DNA from: Candidatus Bathyarchaeota archaeon
Lineage (GTDB): Archaea > Thermoproteota > Bathyarchaeia > Bathyarchaeales > Bathycorpusculaceae
Assembly (NCBI GenBank): GCA_963828195.1
Contig: CAWHDT010000005.1
Location: 448,001-512,000 of the forward strand
Direction of reading: 5' to 3'
Length of the DNA: 64,000 nt
Below the pieces are notes generated by a model. That model saw nothing but the letters and a program-made list of their open reading frames with translations, was not told the DNA's origin and made no database searches. The position numbers and the translations under genes are program-made. This document shows, piece after piece, positions 60,053 through 64,000 of the stretch. Numbering within the stretch: position 1 is the first letter of the stretch; every line of letters begins with the position of its first letter.

Positions 60053-61825
60053 TTGAGCGACGAAGTCAAATGTTCAAAACCACAGTGCGACAAGTTCACA
60101 GCCATTAACGAGTTAGCGCGCCGAAGAGGATTTTTCTGGCCGTCCTTTGAGATTTACGGTGGCAGCGGCGGCTTTGTAACTTATGGTCCCCTTGGGGCAA
60201 GGTTGAAGCAGAATATTGAGGCTAAGCTCCGCGAGCTTTTTGTTAAGAAAATCGGGATTTACGAGATGGAGTCATCGGTGATTGCGCCCGGCAAAGTTTT
60301 TGAGGCGTCGGGGCATGTGGATCATTTCAAGGAGCCGATGGTGGAGTGCCAAAACTGCCATACCCGTTTTCGGGCTGACCATTTGCTTGAGGAAAAAGGC
60401 ATCACTTCGGCGCAGGCGGAAAAGATGGATTTAGCTGAAATTAATCAGGAGATGGAACGCCACGAGGTTGTTTGTCCGGACTGCAAGGGCAAATTCGGGG
60501 AACCCCAGCGTTACTTGACCATGTTCCAAACCACCATTGGCCCGTACTCGGGCGCGGTCGGCTACGGGAGACCTGAGGCTGCACAGAACATTTTCGTTGA
60601 GTTCAACCGCCTCTACACCGTTGCGCGGGAGAAGCTTCCCTTCGGAGCCATCCAGATTGGGCACGCTTTGCGCAACGAGATTTCGCCGAGGCAAGGCTTG
60701 ATTCGGCTGAGGGAGTTCACGATTTCCGATTTAGAGTTTTTCTTTGATCCTGAAGAGCCCTGCTGCCATTTGCTGGGCGAGGTTGAAAATGAGGTTTTGC
60801 CCATTCTGCTTGGGGAAACAAGGCTCAAGGAAAGTGAGGAAACAGCAGATTTCACGGTTCGGGAAGCGCTTGACCAAAAAATAATCCGCTCGGAGTGGCA
60901 GGCGTTTTTCATGGCTATGGCGAAGAAGCTTCTGGTTGACTTGGGGGTTCCAGCGGAGAAACAGCGGTTTATAGAGAAACTCGCTTGGGAAAAAGCGCAT
61001 TACTCCAGCCAAAGCTTCGACCAAGAAGTACTTGTTGACCGCTGGGGCTGGGTAGAAGTCTCGGGGCACGCGTACCGTACAGATTACGATTTAACTTGCC
61101 ACATGAAGGCAAGCGGCGTGGACATGACGGTTTACAAGGAATACGCCAATCCAGTCGAAAAAGAGGAGCCCACGGTTAAGCCCCTTATGGCTAAGTTGGG
61201 TCCAGTTTACAAGAAAGAAGCTGAGAAAGTGGCGGCGCTGCTGGCTAAAATCCCCGCGCAGGAAGTTGCCGACGCCATGCAAAAACAGGGTTTCTTTATG
61301 GTGGAAAACTATAAAGTAACACCTGACCAACTGGACATCAGCAAGCAAAAAACGACTGTTCGAGGCACCCGCTTTGTTCCGCATGTTGTGGAGCCAAGTT
61401 TCGGCTCAGACCGCCTCTTTTACGTTGCATTGGAATACGCTTACGGCATCAAAGACGACCGCGTGGTCATGAGTTTTCCAAGAAGCATCGCGCCGATCCA
61501 AGTTGGCATTTACCCTTTAATGGGCAAAGACGGCTTAGACACCAAAGCAGCACAGGTGCAGAAGATGCTGGCGAACGAGGGTTTCATGGTTGAACTGGAC
61601 GAAGCAGGCTCCATTGGACGCCGCTACGCGAGGGCTGACGAGGCAGGCGTGCAGTTAGGGGTAACTATAGATTACGACACGTTAAAAGACGGCACAGTAA
61701 CCATACGAGACCGCGATAGCTGGCGGCAGGTGCGAACCCAAGTCAAAGCGCTCCCGGAACTTTTACGCAGTTACTTCCAAGGAAAAATAAACTTCGGGGA
61801 TTTAGGTGCACTAGTGGAGAACTAA
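60053..61825 (+). CDS. glyS: Glycine--tRNA ligase (alpha2 type)
   Basis: ARRRGFF, ASGHVDHF, RNEISPRQGLIRLREF, EPSFG, GRRYARADE. Confidence 0.95.
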   Translation: MSDEVKCSKPQCDKFTAINELARRRGFFWPSFEIYGGSGGFVTYGPLGARLKQNIEAKLRELFVKKIGIYEMESSVIAPGKVFEASGHVDHFKEPMVECQNCHTRFRADHLLEEKGITSAQAEKMDLAEINQEMERHEVVCPDCKGKFGEPQRYLTMFQTTIGPYSGAVGYGRPEAAQNIFVEFNRLYTVAREKLPFGAIQIGHALRNEISPRQGLIRLREFTISDLEFFFDPEEPCCHLLGEVENEVLPILLGETRLKESEETADFTVREALDQKIIRSEWQAFFMAMAKKLLVDLGVPAEKQRFIEKLAWEKAHYSSQSFDQEVLVDRWGWVEVSGHAYRTDYDLTCHMKASGVDMTVYKEYANPVEKEEPTVKPLMAKLGPVYKKEAEKVAALLAKIPAQEVADAMQKQGFFMVENYKVTPDQLDISKQKTTVRGTRFVPHVVEPSFGSDRLFYVALEYAYGIKDDRVVMSFPRSIAPIQVGIYPLMGKDGLDTKAAQVQKMLANEGFMVELDEAGSIGRRYARADEAGVQLGVTIDYDTLKDGTVTIRDRDSWRQVRTQVKALPELLRSYFQGKINFGDLGALVEN

Positions 61826-61895
61826 GCAGCTAACTTTTTTAATGAACGCTCAAATAATAACATAAGAAATTATCGATATTTAAGGCGGGGAACAA

Positions 61896-62555
61896 GTGGT
61901 ACTTCCATCAGAAACAGAAGAGCGTGTGAAGCGCAGAGCTCTCAACGCTTGCCAAGATAACTTACGTAAGGTTGTTGATGTGTCAAGAAAAATTCCTCAG
62001 GTGGCGGAGTGTTTTGCAAGCGGCGACAAAGAAGGCGTGAGGAAACTCTTCAGCGAAATCAGGATGGGCGAAGAAGAAGTTATTAAGGCTAGGCGCATGG
62101 TTTCGCAGGAGCTGGCGGAGATAGGCGCCATTTTGATTGCCCGCGAAGACTTCTTGAGATTTACGAATTTGTCAAGTGAAATAGCCGACTTCTCCGAGGG
62201 CATAGCGTATTACCTCGTTGAGATAATGGAGCACAACTGGACTATTTCGCCAGACGTCAAAAAAGACCTGCTTAAGCTGTCCTTAGCCGTCTTGGACACG
62301 GTGCTTAAGCTTCGGGAAACAATGATGGTGCTAAACTACGGGTCACTGAAAACCTTGGAGAGGGCCAAAGACGTGGAAATCGCCGAGCGCATAGTTGACG
62401 AACAATACCGAGCATTAACCATCAAAGTACTCAGCGGCAAACTCGAAGTTCCAGTGATGCTGCTTCTAAGAGATGTTCTGCAACTACTGGAAAACAGCGC
62501 TGACAAAGCCGAAGACGCCGCGGACGCCGCACGAATGCTATCCTTCATCATGTAA
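61896..62555 (+). CDS. DUF47/PhoU-like phosphate transport regulator
   Basis: REDFL, ERIVDE, LENSADKAED. Confidence 0.75.
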   Translation: MVLPSETEERVKRRALNACQDNLRKVVDVSRKIPQVAECFASGDKEGVRKLFSEIRMGEEEVIKARRMVSQELAEIGAILIAREDFLRFTNLSSEIADFSEGIAYYLVEIMEHNWTISPDVKKDLLKLSLAVLDTVLKLRETMMVLNYGSLKTLERAKDVEIAERIVDEQYRALTIKVLSGKLEVPVMLLLRDVLQLLENSADKAEDAADAARMLSFIM

Positions 62556-62570
62556 AAGAGCCGAACTGCA

Positions 62571-63125
62571 ATGCCGAAAACAAAAGTTGAACTCATCGAT
62601 AACTTTTTAGTTGTTTGGGATTCTGCGGAAGGCTCACAGCTGTACAAAGCAGGGTACTATGGGAAACCCGTTGGGATCCCTAAACCCAAAATTCCCGAGT
62701 TTGATGCGCCCCTTATTTTGGATTTAATGGAAGGCTTGTACCTTTTTGAGAACAAGAAAATAGAGATTTACGAGGATCCCGACGAGGCCAAGGTTAGCCT
62801 AAAAAAGCTCAGGCAAAAAGCTAAGCAGTTGTACGATGAATTTGAAGAAAAATACGCTGTTTACCGCGACCTGCGAGAAAGCGGGTTAATTGTTACGCCA
62901 GGCATAAAGTTCGGCTGCGACTTCGCCGTCTACAAGTACGGTCCAGGCGTTGAACACGCACCCTACATGGTCTCGGTGAAGAAATCGGGCTCAGACATTT
63001 CCGCCACAGAAATCGTCAAGGCAGGACGCTTAGCCACGACTGTTAGGAAACGGTTTATTATTGCGGTTCCCGATTTGGCCGCGGAGAAAGTGAAGTACGT
63101 GATTTTCAAATGGTTTAAGGCTTGA
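62571..63125 (+). CDS. endA: tRNA-splicing endonuclease catalytic subunit
   Basis: PGIKFGCDFAVY, EHAPY, GRLATTVRK (Y-H-K triad). Confidence 0.92.
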   Translation: MPKTKVELIDNFLVVWDSAEGSQLYKAGYYGKPVGIPKPKIPEFDAPLILDLMEGLYLFENKKIEIYEDPDEAKVSLKKLRQKAKQLYDEFEEKYAVYRDLRESGLIVTPGIKFGCDFAVYKYGPGVEHAPYMVSVKKSGSDISATEIVKAGRLATTVRKRFIIAVPDLAAEKVKYVIFKWFKA

Positions 63126-63131
63126 ATTTAA

Positions 63132-63530
63132 TTATTCCCAAATTCGCCTAACCCAATCTACTCGTTCAAAGTCTTTATCGTGCGAATATATTTCGCTTAT
63201 GTTAGCTTCGTTCATTACTTGTAATGTTAATGAATCGACAAAATCAATCTGTTTTTCATACATTTCTGGAATTGAAGGAAGAAAATTTTCCCATATTGCG
63301 CTAATTTTTTCAAGTGAGGCATACGAGTTTACTGCCATCAGAAATCCCCCTATTTCTTTTCTCCGATTATTGTATTCTAACCAGTCAACAACTTCCTGAA
63401 TAACAGCTGAACTCGTTGCGGTCGCTTCACCATTTTCAATTCGTTTGAGAATTTTTTTTGAAATTTCATAATCCTCTTTAGGAGATTGCCTGATGGCATA
63501 TATGAAAACGTTTGCATCAACGAACCTCAT
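63132..63530 (-). CDS. vapC: VapC PIN toxin
   Basis: FVDANV, IQE, FVDS, SHDKDF. Confidence 0.88.
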   Translation of the reverse strand: MRFVDANVFIYAIRQSPKEDYEISKKILKRIENGEATATSSAVIQEVVDWLEYNNRRKEIGGFLMAVNSYASLEKISAIWENFLPSIPEMYEKQIDFVDSLTLQVMNEANISEIYSHDKDFERVDWVRRIWE

Positions 63531-63797
63531 CTATTTTGCCCTCGATAGCTTCTTTTCTATTCTTGCCGCGGACGCTTTTATTAGCTCTTGTTTTACTGTT
63601 CCCCTAATTTTCACTCCTTTGGCTAAACCGTCAAGCAGTTCTGTCGGGTTTGGAACGGTATTGGGAGGCAAAATAACTAGCCTATTATTCATTATTTCAA
63701 ATGTTACGCAATCCCCTTCATTAATCCCCAGTTTTTTTCTGAAGCTTGCCGGGATTGTAACTTTACCTTTTTGGAGCACCTTAGCTTGTTCACCCAT
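63531..63797 (-). CDS. AbrB/MazE antitoxin
   Basis: KGKVTIPASFRKKLGINEGD. Confidence 0.88.
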   Translation of the reverse strand: MGEQAKVLQKGKVTIPASFRKKLGINEGDCVTFEIMNNRLVILPPNTVPNPTELLDGLAKGVKIRGTVKQELIKASAARIEKKLSRAK

Positions 63798-63886
63798 AAT
63801 GGTTACCCATATTAAGGTATGTTTAGATTACCTAATAAGATTACCTTATTTTTCAATCAAAACAAAAAGAAAAAAGCGCCAAGTTG

Positions 63887-64000
63887 TTAGTTCGCGATTA
63901 TTGTTTGGTTTTGGAATTCTCCTCGGATGGTCTGATGGGGATAAATTTTTGATGTTGCAAGGGAGCAGCCTTCGTCTAGTTTTACGTCGTCTGCTATGAC
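63887..64000 (-). CDS. C-terminus of a probable NDP-sugar pyrophosphorylase (hexapeptide repeat), truncated by the window
   Basis: VIADDVKLDEGCSLATSKIYPHQTI...*. Confidence 0.45.
   Translation of the reverse strand, partial: VIADDVKLDEGCSLATSKIYPHQTIRGEFQNQTIIAN

Overview
Archaeal chromosomal window, most consistent with Bathyarchaeia (TACK). The inference rests on crenarchaeal-type SSB, NreA, an EndA with a crenarchaeal-like loop, a dockerin-like surface protein and frequent TTG/GTG starts. Housekeeping and metabolic genes include class II HMG-CoA reductase, SufCB, an aldolase, an aldehyde dehydrogenase, AfpA/Isf, two glutamine synthetases, malic enzyme, GlyRS, EndA, an m5C methyltransferase and tRNA-Asp. 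Interleaved with them are many small accessory cassettes: 7 toxin-antitoxin modules, an ABC exporter, a metal locus (NiCoT, CsoR, P1B-ATPase, wHTH regulator) and two candidate defence modules (SNF2 helicase + multi-Zn-finger YqhG-like protein + Mrr-like nuclease; ABC ATPase + TOPRIM). Non-coding signals include a dispersed ~130-bp element with four regularly spaced TGCGACTTT motifs upstream of a stand-alone divergent EF-2 and of SSB, orphan tRNA-Arg 3' halves, duplicated glnA and glyS ends bracketing cassettes, a shared operator motif and two unannotated microproteins. Several single-base frameshifts may be sequencing errors. No integrase, transposase or CRISPR array was seen.
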